Below, in pieces: positions 39,770-59,238 of a DNA stretch of 64,000 bases. Where the stretch lies: assembly GCA_000004695.1 (NCBI GenBank), contig CM000152.2, positions 5,696,001 to 5,760,000 on the forward strand, written 5' to 3'. How positions within the stretch are numbered: the first letter of the stretch is position 1; the number at the start of each line of letters is the position of its first letter. The notes below the pieces were generated by a model. It saw only the letters and a list, made by a program, of their open reading frames with translations, was not told where the DNA came from and made no database searches. Position numbers and translations under genes: made by a program. The stretch is from Dictyostelium discoideum. Lineage: Eukaryota.

Positions 39770-40145
39770 TTTTTTTTTTTATTTTTCCCCAAAATATTTA
39801 AAAAAATAAAAAAAAGATAAATGTATTCTTAAAAAAAAAATTTTTTATTAATTTTTTTCTTTTTTTATATAAATTTTTTTTTTTTTTTAAAGATAAGATA
39901 TATCTCAATTATTATTTTTTTTTTTAATAAAATCAAAAAAAAAAAAAAAAATTTTAAAAAAATAAAAAATTGGGAAAAAAACAAAAAAACAAAAAAAATA
40001 AATAATATTATTCCAACAGTGAAATTTAATAAAATTTAATGTAATATTAAACGTACAAATACCTTAACACATAAAACCAAAATATAAACTCTTTAAATTA
40101 TTATAATAAAATTTTTTTTTTTTTTTTTTTTTTTTCCATCCATAT

Positions 40146-40179
<34 letters not shown>

Positions 40180-40809
40180 TCATCAATTTTTCCTATGATT
40201 TCACTGTTAAATTTCGTAAAAGATTTGGGAAAAAAAAAAAAACATCATTTGTGTTTCAATAAACTAAAAAAGGAAAAAATAAAAATAAAAAAATAAAAAA
40301 ACAGCAAAAAAATTTGAGTTTAATGGATTTTTCTCTTGTATATCTGTTCTAAATTTTTGCACACACAAAACTTAATTTCTATTTTTATTCATTAAATTTT
40401 TTTTTTTTTTTTTTTTTTTTTCCAAAATTATTTTTTTTATTTAAATTTTTTTTTCTTTTATTTTTTTTTTTTTTCACACAAATTATTATTATAATTATTT
40501 TTTTATTTTCTCCCAATCTTCTTTTTTTTTCGCACAAATAATTAATTACCAATTAATACAATTTTTTTTTTTTTTTAGATTTACAAAATAATAAATAAAA
40601 TAAATAAAAAAAAAAAAAATTTTGATTTTACATTTTATATTTTTATTTTAAATTTCCCTTTTTTTAATTTTTTCATCTAAAAAAAAAAAAATAAAAAATA
40701 AAAAATAAAAAATAAAAAATAAAAAACAATAAACAATAAACAATAAAAAATAAAATTTCTTATATAAATAAAGAATTTTCTTTATTTATATTTGTAAAAA
40801 AAATTAAAA

Positions 40810-40941
40810 ATGCATCAGCCATCAGATTTCACGAATCTGGATGTCAACTTTTTAATTTTTCAAAGTAATTTACCAATAACTAATAACGCACCTACTGATA
40901 TCTCAATAGTTAATAATAGCATTAATATTTTACCAGTAGAA

Positions 40942-41036
<95 letters not shown>

Positions 41037-42483
41037 TAATAATGATGGTGATGATGCTGCTGCTACTAATAGTATAAACGTTATTCCAGTGTTTGAAAAA
41101 ACTATACAAATTGGAACAACTACAAAAAGTGGTCATTTCATTTTAGATGCAACTGCAGAGGTTAATGATATTCAAGAAATTGAAGAAAATAAAGATTTTA
41201 TAGTTAGAGATACTCAACAAAACAGGTATGTATTATATATATATTTTTATTATTATTATTATAAATAAATAAATAAATATTGATACTAATTAAATAATAA
41301 ACACAATTGTAGAGTATTAATTGGTGAAGGTCATTATGGAAAAGTTTATCGAAGTATGTATGTATCATCAGATGGAAGAAGTTTAGTCAATAAAATGTTG
41401 AAAGGAAAACGAGAATGTACTAAAGAAGTCGAAGCACTAATCGATGTATTCGATGCAAGTAAAATGGTTACAACTCAATACTTTACTACTCTTGGTTTTT
41501 CATCTATCATAATGGAAAATATGGTCGACATTGGTTATGTTACATTAAAGCAATTGTTATCGATGGATGATAAACAATTCTCAGCATTAGCATCACCATT
41601 CACTTGTAGATCTCAAATGATTAAACCAATAATTAATGCAATGGTGATTGCACTATACTCTGTCAACATTGAAAAGAACTACACACACTTTGACTTAAAT
41701 CATGGTAATATCTTTGTCAATATACATACATTGGACACATGTCAATCAATTAGTGGTAGTGGTAGTGGTAGTGGTAGTGGTAGTGGATCCAATACTAGAA
41801 ATCCAGTTGTGTTGGGTGATTTTGGCTGTGCCAGGAAAATGGACGTTCCAATTCGTTTATGTGATACAAATGGTCACGAAAATTACAAATCACTTGAAAG
41901 ATACTGGGATTACAATCAATGTAGAATCAAAACCACATCCTTTATTCGAGATAATGAAGATATCTTTTCACTTGGTGTTCTAATATTTGAAATGCTATTA
42001 ACATTTGTTCATCCAGGTACAACTCTATTTGAACAAAATGTATTGTTCCTCTTGAAATTTCATGGTATTGAAATTGTGCCAACTGGTGGCCCTAACAACA
42101 ATTATACAACATTGAAAGTTGCATTTTCAAATGATATTAGAAACTTTACATCAAATACTCAATTCACTACAATTACATTTGATTCAAAGTTTAACCCAAT
42201 CATTTCACAAATTATTAATTACATTCAATACTATAGAAATAGACCAAATTCTAGTCAAGTATTGGAATCATTAATCAATAATCATCAATATTCATTAAAT
42301 AATAATCTACCACCAATTTTTGTTGAAAATCCAAATGATAAATATGAACCAGTAGATGCCAACTCTTCAGATGACTCATCTGTCCTTTACCATTCTTATG
42401 ATAGCTCTGATGCTGATGATACTCCTTCTTTTGAAATTACGATTACTCGTGATAATTTCAATCAAAGTATAAATCATCAGTGA
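40810..42483 (+). CDS. Protein kinase (divergent catalytic loop; possible atypical/pseudo-kinase), join(40810..41225,41313..42483), ~529 aa
   Basis: Exon 1 has an Asn-rich N-terminus and ends CAG|GTATGT. Exon 2 after TTGTAG encodes RVLIGEGHYGKVYRS (Gly loop), HFDLNHGNIFVN (HRDLKPxN-like but degenerate), VLGDFGCARKMD (DFG) and NEDIFSLGVLIFEMLL (subdomain IX). Confidence 0.7.
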
Positions 42484-42856
42484 ACGCACAATAATTTTAA
42501 TTATATTATTATTATTATTATTATCTCTTAGTAATACTTTTTGTACCATTTCAAATTTTTTAAATAAAACTGAATCAAATTAATTAATTAATTTTTTTTT
42601 TTTTTTTTTATTTATTAATATGTTTTTTTTTTATTTAATATTCCCACAAAATGAAATTATTTATTTTTTAAGTATTACAAAAATTTTAGCAAAACATTGG
42701 AAATTAAATATCTCTGATTGCGATTTTGTTGTGAAAAATTTTATTTGAATTATTTTTTCTAATTTTAATTTTTTTAATTTATTTTGGTTTGTTCTTTCTG
42801 ATTTATTTTTTTTAATTTTTTATTTTTTTTTTTGTTTTGTGGAAACAATAATAAGG

Positions 42857-43417
42857 TCACACATAAACGATCGTATATAAATTTAAAAAAAAAAAAAATG
42901 GAAAAACCTGATTTTGTAAAAATCGATACGAGTGAATTAAAAGATCAGAATAATGATTCAATACTGTTAATATAATTTTAGATTCTCCAATTTTTGACAT
43001 TAATAATAAATTTCGACTAATCAATTCATTACCTCTTGGATGACCCAATTTTAATAAAAGTTGTAAACCCAATACTCCCAATGCAAAGACATCCTCATTA
43101 TCTTTAATTGATGATTTCTTTGGTTCTTTAAAGTGTCTTTGAAGTGATACATAGTTTATTTCACCTTTAGTATCATCGAATCTAATTGGAGTCAATTCAT
43201 TGATTAGTTTTGAACAACCAAAATCAATTAATACAATTGGATTTTCGAATACTGACTCACTTAAAAAACAAAAACCATCACTTACAAATACAATTTTATC
43301 AAGCTCATATGTGCTCAATAGAGTTTTTAAATTGATAAACAAACCCAAAAAATGTTTTACAATTGTTAATTGTAAACAAAAACGATTTCCCTCCGGATAG
43401 AACAACAACAACAACAA
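42857..43417 (-). pseudogene. Inverted, 5'-truncated paralog of the upstream kinase (C-lobe only); probable pseudogene or partial duplicate
   Basis: Encodes ...NPIVLIDFGCSKLINELTPIRFDDTKGEINYVSLQRHFKEPKKSSIKDNEDVFALGVLGLQLLLKLGHP..., clearly paralogous to NPVVLGDFGCARKMD...DNEDIFSLGVLIFEMLL of 41313..42483. No N-lobe or Gly loop lies upstream; the ORF abuts a (TTG)n microsatellite and an in-frame stop. Confidence 0.45.
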
Positions 43418-43736
43418 ACAACAACAAACAAATTATGAAGATGGTGCCCTTTTTTCAAATGTAATTTCAAATGGATCGTTTATAGATGTTATGTAATCAA
43501 AAAACCATTGGAATTTCACCAAAACAAAGATCAAGATTAAATAATAATAATAAAAATAAAATCAAATAATAATAAAAATTTAAATATCTCAATATATTAC
43601 ATTGTTTTTTTATAACACTAAAAAAAAAAAAAAAGAATGATTTAATAATTTTATTATTACCAGATTATCTACACTTTTTTTTTTATTACTTTATTTTTTT
43701 TATTTTCTTTTTTTTTTTTTGGTTTTATAAATTATA

Positions 43737-44277
43737 TTAATTTGTTTGCATTTCAACTGGCTCTTCATTTTCAAGTAAATTAAGCTATATTAATTAAAAA
43801 ATATAAATATTAAATAAATTATTAATTAAAACAAATCAATAAATAAGTAATAAATCAATCAAAAAATAAATTAATAAATTAATAAATAAATAAATAAATT
43901 AAAACATACATATGGTTGAGCATCAGCTTCTTCAATGATTTTGAATGGTTGACCTTCACCAACGATACCAATTGAAACATTTTTAGAATTTAAGGTATCG
44001 TCAGTATTTGGTATAGTTTCTCTAAGTGCACGTAAACCATGAGTAATTAATTGTTCTAATGTACATTCTTCAAATGATTCAAAATGTTTTTCAAGATAAG
44101 TTTTAGCAGATTGTGATCTTGATCCAATTGAAATTGATTTATAATCATAAAAATTACCAGATGGACATGTTTGATAGATATGTGCTCCTAATTGATCATA
44201 ACCAGCTACTAATAAACCAACACCATATGGTCTTCTACCATATCTTTGAGTATGTACTTGATGTTCTATTTTATTTT

Positions 44278-44312
<35 letters not shown>

Positions 44313-44729
44313 AAATAATAATTGTTAGTAAATTTACTTTTTATTTTTATTTTTTTAAAAAATTAAATTAAATAAATAATACATACTGTCAGCAACTTTT
44401 GTAACTAAACGTTCTACTCTCATTTGGGATTCATAAACATAGTTATAATTTGAACATTCATTTCTCATATAATTACATAACATACGAGCATCAGCAGTTA
44501 AACCTGAAATTGCAATACCAACATGATCATCAACTACAAAAATCTTCTTTTGATATGAACCTAATTCGGATGATGATCTCTTTAATGATACTAAAACTGC
44601 AAATTGTTTGGATTTTAATGCAACTGCTGCACCACCTTGTTTTACTGCTTCCATTGCATACTCTATTTGATGAATTCTACCACTTGGTGAAAAGGTAGTA
44701 ATATCACTATCATATTGATTACGATACAT
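43737..44729 (-). CDS. psmA1: Proteasome subunit alpha type-1 (20S core), complement(join(43737..43784,43910..44265,44387..44729)), 248 aa
   Basis: [32 protein letters not shown]...[24 protein letters not shown]... then [24 protein letters not shown]...ALRETIP..., near-colinear with human PSMA1 (sequence recalled from memory; not re-verified). Donors GTATGT x2; acceptors AATAG and ATATAG; phases verified (exon lengths 343/356/48). Confidence 0.85.
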
Positions 44730-45355
44730 TTTATATTTAAATATTATGTGTGTAAAATTATTATTATTAAATGAAAAAAAAAAAAAAAAAAATTAAAAAT
44801 TAAAAAAAAAAAAAAAATGTGATGATCACAAAAAATTTAATTTAATGTAAAAAAAATTGAAAAAAAAAAAAATTAAAAAAAAAATAAAAAAAAATAAAAA
44901 ATAAAAAATTAAAAAAAAAATAAAAAATAAATTTAATTTAAAAGAGTGAAGTTGCAAATTTTTTATTTTAATAATTTTTTTATTTGTTAATTTTATGATT
45001 GAAATAATAAACAAAATCTGAAATTTTTTATTTTTTTTTTTTTTTTTTATATTATATTTTCTTATTCTTTTTTTTTTTTTTTCTTTTTTTATTTTTTTTT
45101 AATAATGAATTTAATTATATTATTGAATAAATAATTGAATTGACACTTTAAAATTTAGAATATGATTTAAAAAAAAAAAAAAAAATATTTTGGACAAAAC
45201 ATTAATTATTTAAAGATATTTTTTTTTGTTTTTTTTTATTTTATTTTATTTTATTTTTTTTTTATTTTTTTGAAAATTTTTAGATTTTTTTGTTTTTTTT
45301 TATAATTTTTTTTTTTTTTTTTTTTTTTTTTTCATTCACTATCATTTATATCAAA

Positions 45356-46554
45356 ATGTCAATAAGTATAAAAGATAAGAAAGAAGAATTGCTCTGTAGA
45401 TTAACAGATTTTACTAAATTAAAAGGGTGAGGATGTAAAGTACCACAAGCAGAGTTGCTCTCTCTACTTGATGGTATAGGTGAAGGTATTGGTTATGATT
45501 GTAGTATTTCACAAACAAAATTCCCTGATATTGTTATGATTCAAACAACAGATGTAAGTTTAAAATTATTTAAAAATAAAAATAAATTAATAAAATTATA
45601 TATATATATATACTAATATATATATATATATTCTTTATAATTTTTTTAAAAAAAAAGTTCTTTTTCCCGTTAGTTGATGATCCATATTTCCAAGGTAAAA
45701 TTGCATGTGCCAATGTTTTATCAGATCTTTATTCATTTGGTATTGAAGATTGTGATAATATGTTAATGTTATTAGCATGTTCAACTGATATGACAGCAGA
45801 ACAAAGACAATGGTCATCGAAATTGATGATACAAGGATTCAATGATCAGGCAATTTGCGCAGGTAGTAAAGTTAGTGGTGGTCAAACCGTAAAGAATCCA
45901 TGGCCGATAGTTGGTGGTGTTGCAACTTCCATTTTAAAGACCAACGAATTTATAAAGCCAGTGAATGCTGTCCCCGGTGACGTATTAGTATTAACCAAGC
46001 CTCTAGGCACACAAGTTTGTGTAAACTTTCATCAATGGTTATCTAAACCAGAACGTTGGGAAAAGATCAACACAATTACAAATGCAGAAGAATGTGAACA
46101 AGTATTCAACTATGCAACACTGTCAATGGCAAGATTGAATAGGGTAGGCGCAAGACTAATGAAAAAGTATAATGCTCATGCCGCCACCGATGTCACTGGT
46201 TTCGGTATATTGGGTCATTCAACTAATTTGGCTCAAAATCAACTCTTACCAATTCGTTTTGAAATTCATACATTACCAATCATTAAACATATGAAAAAGT
46301 TGGAAGATCATTTAAATCATCCATTCAAATTATTAAAAGGTACTTCAGCTGAAACTTCTGGTGGTTTATTAATTTCAATGTCTCGCGAAAATGCTGAAGC
46401 TTTTTGTAAAGAAATCTATGAAATTGAAAAACAACCAGCTTGGATCATTGGTGATGTAATCGATCAATCCTCAAATTATGATAGATCTAAAAATACTTCA
46501 ATCATTTTAGAAAATCCAAAAATTATTGAAGTTGAACCAAATACAAATTTTTGA
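45356..46554 (+). CDS. selD: Selenophosphate synthetase (selenide, water dikinase; SPS2/SelD-type) with in-frame UGA at 45428..45430 (codon 25, predicted selenocysteine); join(45356..45553,45658..46554), ~364 aa
   Basis: Exon 1 reads MSISIKDKKEELLCRLTDFTKLKG-TGA-GCKVPQAELLSLLDGIGEG... The TGA sits exactly at the Sec/Cys position of the conserved xGCKVP active-site motif. Exon 1 ends GAT|GTAAGT; exon 2 after AAAAAG encodes FFFPLVDDPYFQGKIACANVLSDLY... and the AIR-synthase-like C-terminal domain. Dictyostelium is known to encode a selenoprotein SPS2. Confidence 0.85.
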
Positions 46555-46832
46555 TTTAAACAAAAGTTTGTAACATTTTGACAATTACCAAAAAAAAAAT
46601 AAAAATTAATATTTAATTTTTATTTTTATCATTCAACAATTATCAACAACAACAGTCATAAAAAAAAAAAAAAAAAAAAAAAGAAACACCTCCTTCACTA
46701 TCAACTTTATACATTTAGATAAATTTATTTTTATTATTTGAAGAGCAATCAAATATTAAAAAAATTATTAAAAAAAGAAAATTTATCAAACAAAAATAAT
46801 AATAATAATAATAATTTTTAATAACAAATATT

Positions 46833-46886
46833 GTAATGATTTGAAATTGATAAATCCATATTATTGGACTTAATTTCATTGAAAAA
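46833..46886 (+). other. Candidate form-2 SECIS element in the selD 3'UTR (~280 nt after the stop)
   Basis: aATGAtt TGAAATT gat AAA TCCA tattat TGGA ctt AATTTCA t TGAa: ATGA core, 7-bp helix II (TGAAATT/AATTTCA), unpaired AAA, mini-helix III (TCCA/TGGA), 3' GA. Confidence 0.45.
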
Positions 46887-47011
46887 AAAAAGATATAATA
46901 ATTATAGAAATAAATAAAATCTATATATTATTTTTTTAATATTTATTATTAAAAACAAATTTAAACTTTATTTTATTATTATTTCTTTTTTTTTTTTTTT
47001 TTTTTTTTTTT

Positions 47012-48627
47012 TTATTTTCTTGATTCAAGTAATACTTTAAATTTATTTGGTTTTAAAGTTAAACCAAATTCTTCATAATCAGAAACTGGTGTACCAATAT
47101 TTTTTAAATTAAAATTTAATAAAATATTTGAAAATGATAAATATTGTTCATCACCTGCTAATTGTAAACCAACACATTTTCTATCACCAACACCAAATGG
47201 CATGTATGCATCATTATTTTTATTTAAAAATCTTGATGGATCGAATTGTGAAGGATTTTCAAAGTATTTTTCATTGAATCCTAAACCTCTATAATTAACA
47301 AGAATTTGTGAATCTTTTGGAATGAAATACTTACCATTACCAATTACGATATCATTTGATGAACGATGTGGTAATCCAAATGGTCCAACTGGATTTAAAC
47401 GTAATATCTCTTTAATAATTGCATTTAAATATGGTGTTTTTGGACGATCTGATAATAATACTCTATCTCTATCGCCTACAGCATCTTTAATTTCATTATA
47501 AGCTTTTAATTGAATTTCTGGATGTTCTTGCATTCTTAATACAAACCAAATTATACTTGCTGCTGTTGTATCCTAAATAAAAATTATAAAAAAATAATTA
47601 AAATTTGAAAGTTTAAAGAAAAATTAAAAAAAAAATAAATTATCATGATGTACAAACATTTCCAGCTAAAAACATATCAAGTGAAGTTTGTAAAATTGTT
47701 GGAATTAAATTTTTATCATTTGAAAATTCATTAATTAATAAATCCATTAAATCACGTGGATTATCATGATCAATTGTATTTATATGTTCTAAATATCTTT
47801 TATAAATGAATTTTTTAACTGTTGAAAATGGTCCATTAAATTGTTTATCTGAGAATTTTAACCATTGATAATAGAATGGTTGAGCGATTGATATAAAGTC
47901 ACCTAATTTACCAGACCCTAATGATTTGAAAATTTGGTCCATTGGTTGAACCAATTCTGCTATCTTGCCTTTGGTAATATCCTCATCATATGAAATATCC
48001 TCATTAAAAATATATTTAAACATTATTGATAATGTAAAACGTTGTGCATATAAATGAATTTCAAATGGGTTACCAGTGACTTGATACTGTTTCATTGATT
48101 TAATTAATTCATAAACTTGGCTATCCAACATATCATAAATCTTTTTAATTGATGTTCTTTTCATTGCATTTTGTACTAATTCTCTAGTTCTTTCCCAACG
48201 TTCATTTGATAATGATAAACCGTGATCACCACCAGCACCAAATTTAAATGTTGGTAATAATGGACGATATTTAAAATTTTCATGATTATCAACAAACATT
48301 TCCCTAATTAAAATTGGATCTGAAACTACAACTGTATAAACATCACCAAAATGTAATCTAAAAATTTCACCATAAACATTATGCATTTTTGTTAATGTAT
48401 AATGTGGTTCTTTTCCTAATTGATGTAAATTTCCAAGTAATGGAATTGGAAATGGTCCTGATAATTCATTTTTATGAATTTTCTTATATTTTTTAATCTA
48501 TTTTTTTTTTTTTTTTTTTTTTTAATTAGTATATTTTTTTTTTTTTAAAAAAAAATAAATGTAAAATACATACGCCGGAGCTAACAATACAAAATATAAA
48601 TAAATATAAAAATATATTAAATAACAT
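47012..48627 (-). CDS. Cytochrome P450 monooxygenase, complement(join(47012..47572,47658..48497,48574..48627)), ~484 aa
   Basis: Exon 1 is an N-terminal membrane anchor [18 protein letters not shown] with GTATGT donor. Exon 2 has the Pro-rich hinge ...[23 protein letters not shown]... and ends FLAGN|GTTTGT. Exon 3 continues DTTAASIIW (I-helix AGxDTT), ETLR-like region and heme ligand [10 protein letters not shown]. All junctions phase 0. Confidence 0.8.
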
Positions 48628-48852
48628 TTTTTATTATATTTATTTATTTTTTTTTTTTTTAGATGATTAAAAAAAATAACAATAAAAAAATAAAAAATAA
48701 AAAATAAAAAATAACAATAAAAAAAAATAAAAATAAAAAAATTTAAAAATAAAAATTGATGAACATTTTTTTTTTTTTTTTTTTGGGTGAGTTGAGATTT
48801 AAAATATCTTAAAAGGATTCAAAGAAAAAACCCAAAAATAATTTTTTCCAAC

Positions 48853-48887
<35 letters not shown>

Positions 48888-49444
48888 TTTTTAACGTCAC
48901 CAAATTCTTGATGGGCTATAATTGATTAATTAATAAAATTGATATCCAAACTTTTTTAATTGATTATCTTTTTGATATTGCTTGAATATTTTAACCACCT
49001 CAATATTCTTAATGTTTTAAATTTCTACTCACTTGTGTCAATTGTTAGTTTTATGCGTGGGTATGGATATTTTTAATATTGTAAAAGTTTTAATTTAATT
49101 TTTTATTTTTTTTTTTTATTTTTTTTTTTAAACCCTAGCCCTAAAAAAAAATTAAAAAAAAATTTATTATCTTGGTTCTTTAAATAAATTTTTTTTTTTT
49201 TTATTTTTTATTTTTTTTTTAGGAAATCGACCTGGGGTAAAATAAACTAAAAAGATATAAAAAAAGGGAATTAAGGTCTTTGGGAAAAATTAAAAAATAA
49301 AAAAATAAAAAAAAAAATAAAAATGAAAATATTTTTTTTTTTTTTTTTTTTTTATTATTTTTTTTTTTTTTTTTCATTATTATCTTTTTTTTTTTTTTCA
49401 GTCCATAGGTCCTTATAAATAAATAAATAAAAAAAAAAAAAAAG

Positions 49445-53854
<4,410 letters not shown>

Positions 53855-53927
53855 AATACATAATAATAAAATTATGTTAAAAACATAATAAACAAGTAAA
53901 TCAAATTTGAAACAAATAATTTTATTA

Positions 53928-53969
<42 letters not shown>

Positions 53970-54021
53970 CAATTATACAAATTTTTTTTTTTTTTATTTA
54001 TTATTCATTATTTATAATTAT

Positions 54022-54468
54022 TTATAATAAAGCAAATAATAAAGCGATAAGGATGGCAGAGAAAGAAGCAATCATGGTGGCGGCAGCAGATGAATCATCA
54101 CCTGATGAATCATCACCTGATGGTTCATCTTTATCAGCAAAACAAACAACAGAGATAGTTTCGGTGACTTTAATTACTTGTTCATTTGGTAAACAAGTTA
54201 ATCCGGTGGTTCCAAGTGGGCCTACACAACCTGCAGAACCATACATTTCGACATTGAATTGAGTTGAATTTGAGGTTGCAACTAATTTACCAAACATACC
54301 ACAAACACCTTGGCAAGCTCCATTTTGTGATGTGTAGACAATGGATGGATCACAGGTTTCTTGAGTAAGTGGGTTGGTACCTGTAATTTTGAATTCGCTG
54401 TAGGTAGTGGCTGAAACGATAGCAAAAACAAAGGCAACTAAGAGCAATAATGATTTATTTAATAACAT
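54022..54468 (-). CDS. Small secreted, GPI-anchored cysteine-containing membrane protein (ponticulin-like), 148 aa
   Basis: Signal peptide MLLNKSLLLLVAFVFAIVSA; 8 Cys in the mature part; Ser/Asp-rich spacer; omega-site-like SAAA followed by hydrophobic C-terminus TMIASFSAILIALLFALL. Confidence 0.5.
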   Translation of the reverse strand: MLLNKSLLLLVAFVFAIVSATTYSEFKITGTNPLTQETCDPSIVYTSQNGACQGVCGMFGKLVATSNSTQFNVEMYGSAGCVGPLGTTGLTCLPNEQVIKVTETISVVCFADKDEPSGDDSSGDDSSAAATMIASFSAILIALLFALL

Positions 54469-55385
54469 TTTATTTTATTTGAATTTTATAATGAGCTGTT
54501 TAAAACTGAGGATGAACAAAAAAATAAAAATAAAAATCTTTTTTAAAAAAATTTATAATCATTTTTTTTTTTTTTTACTTTGCACCAAAAAAAAAAATAA
54601 AATAAAATAAAATAAAAAAATAATTCCAAAAAAAAAAATTGGAAAATATCTTATAAATAAAATTTTTTACTTTTTTTTTTATTTGAAGATTTTTTTTTTA
54701 ATTTTTTGATTAAGGGGTCAAATTCCTCATCAATTTTTTTCTTTTTTTTTTTTTATTTTATTTTTTTATTTTTTTTTTTTTTCTTCCTTTTAACACACCA
54801 CCGATTTGAGAATTTATTTTCAAAAACTATGAGACAGCCACTTTTTTTTTTTTTTATTATATATTACGATATGAGTCTTTTTTTGGAAGTTATATAGAAT
54901 TTGTTGACGCGACTTTATCATGTGGTCTTTACAGAAAAAATAGAAAAAAAATAAAATAAAATAAAAAATTCAACTAATGGTTTTATTTTATTTTATTTTA
55001 TTATGTGATGTTATATTATTTTATTATTTTATTATATTATATTATATTATATTATTTTATTCTATATAATATTATATTATTTTATTTTATTTTATCTTGT
55101 ATGGACAAAAAATTATTTTTATTATAGTTTCCTTTTATTTTATTTGTGAAAAGCTTTTTTTTTGGAAAAGATTTTATTTGTGAAGAGCGTCTAAAGTAAC
55201 AAATTTATTTTAACAAATGTCGATGTCATAATAAGTAGATTTGTAAATGCTTTTTTGAAAATAATATATTATTTAGAATGTCTAACAATTAATGATGAAT
55301 TTATTTTGACAAGTAATAATATTATTTTTTTTAAATTTCTATGAAATAGTTAAAATTTTTAATTTATATTCAAAATTTCATCAAA

Positions 55386-55467
55386 GACATCGTAGCGAAG
55401 TGGTCTAACGCGTTTGACTTGAAATCAAATCTCCTAGGAGGCGCAGGTTCGAACCCTGCCGATGTCG
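55386..55467 (+). tRNA. tRNA-Ser (anticodon UGA), class II with long variable arm
   Basis: GACATCG TA GCGAAGTGGTCTAACGCG TTTGA CTTGAAA TCAAA TCTCCTAGGAGGCG CAGG TTCGAAC CCTG CCGATGTCG: acceptor stem GACATCG/CGATGTC, anticodon stem TTTGA/TCAAA, loop CTTGAAA (anticodon TGA), 14-nt variable arm, canonical T arm. Confidence 0.85.
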
Positions 55468-56170
55468 ATAATTTTCAGTGGTGGTAAAAATGACGCAGGT
55501 TCGATTCTGTATAACAATACACACCAAACAAATCCCTAATTCAACACCATTCAAATTATTTGATTTAAATTTATGTCTTTAAGTTTTTGCTACATCTGCG
55601 TAAAGAAAACACTAGAACTAATCAAATTGAAAAACTTCACATTCATTGAAACAGGTATAGTCAAACAAAGGCCACCAAAGAAACAGATACAAAAACAATA
55701 ATGTTTTAACAGAACTACACAAAATAATAGGAATGATCGTGGGAATGATCGTGGTGAAGTTAACCAATACAAAGCAAATCTTCGATTCCACAAAGATTAC
55801 TTTTATTCCACAAAGATTACTTTGAGAGGGAAATCAATGTGTAAATTATGACCTATCTAGATACTTATAGAAACATAATTCATAACACCTGGGTTTGGAT
55901 CTACAATCAATTGTATAGCGACAAACCCTCCACAGATGAAAAACTATCTGTATTTAAATCTAAAAACTCTTAAATAAACCACGATTTTTTTTAATACCTT
56001 AATATTTCAAATAATTAATATCTGAAAAAAAAAAAAAAACCATCCTAACTACAAATTGACATTGAAGCTTCTTTTGCCTCAAATATATGCAACACTACTA
56101 AATACATTATACCTAATAAAATTAAAATTTTCTTAACATGTTATAATTAGTGAAAAAAAAAAAAAAAAAA
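55468..56170. mobile_element. Non-AT-rich, non-coding block with internal tandem repeats immediately downstream of tRNA-Ser; candidate remnant of a tRNA-targeted retroelement (TRE3-type tail or solo LTR); begins with a partial copy of the tRNA T-arm
   Basis: Composition is clearly G+C-richer than the flanks, with stops in all frames. Tandem ggaatgatcgtg x2 (55729-55753) and ttccacaaagattacttt x2 (55785-55824). gacgcaggttcgattc at 55492-55507 copies the tRNA-Ser T-arm. Dictyostelium TRE3/Skipper-2 elements are known to integrate downstream of tRNA genes. Confidence 0.3.
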
Positions 56171-56283
56171 AAAGACGTCATTGTAACTTGTGTTATAATA
56201 ATTTCTTTCTTTTTATAATTATTTTATTTTGGAAAAAATAAATTTTGTACAAATACTATTATTATTATTTATTAAATTTATTT

Positions 56284-59238
<2,955 letters not shown>

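Noticed and set aside
45428-45430. TGA in selD exon 1 interpreted as a premature stop (pseudogene)
   Set aside because: The codon sits at the universally conserved Sec/Cys position of selenophosphate synthetase. The downstream 340 codons are intact and spliced, and a SECIS-like structure is present in the 3'UTR, so recoding as selenocysteine is far more likely.
55492-55517. tRNA-like T-arm sequence (gacgcaggttcgattctgtataac) right after tRNA-Ser
   Set aside because: Only the T-arm is copied. No acceptor or anticodon arms can be formed, so it is a fragment (partial duplication), not a second tRNA gene.
55590-55793. 67-aa ORF (MWNRRFALYWLTSPRSF...) inside the block downstream of tRNA-Ser
   Set aside because: No coding periodicity or motif; lies within a region with stops in most frames that I interpret as retroelement-derived or non-coding.
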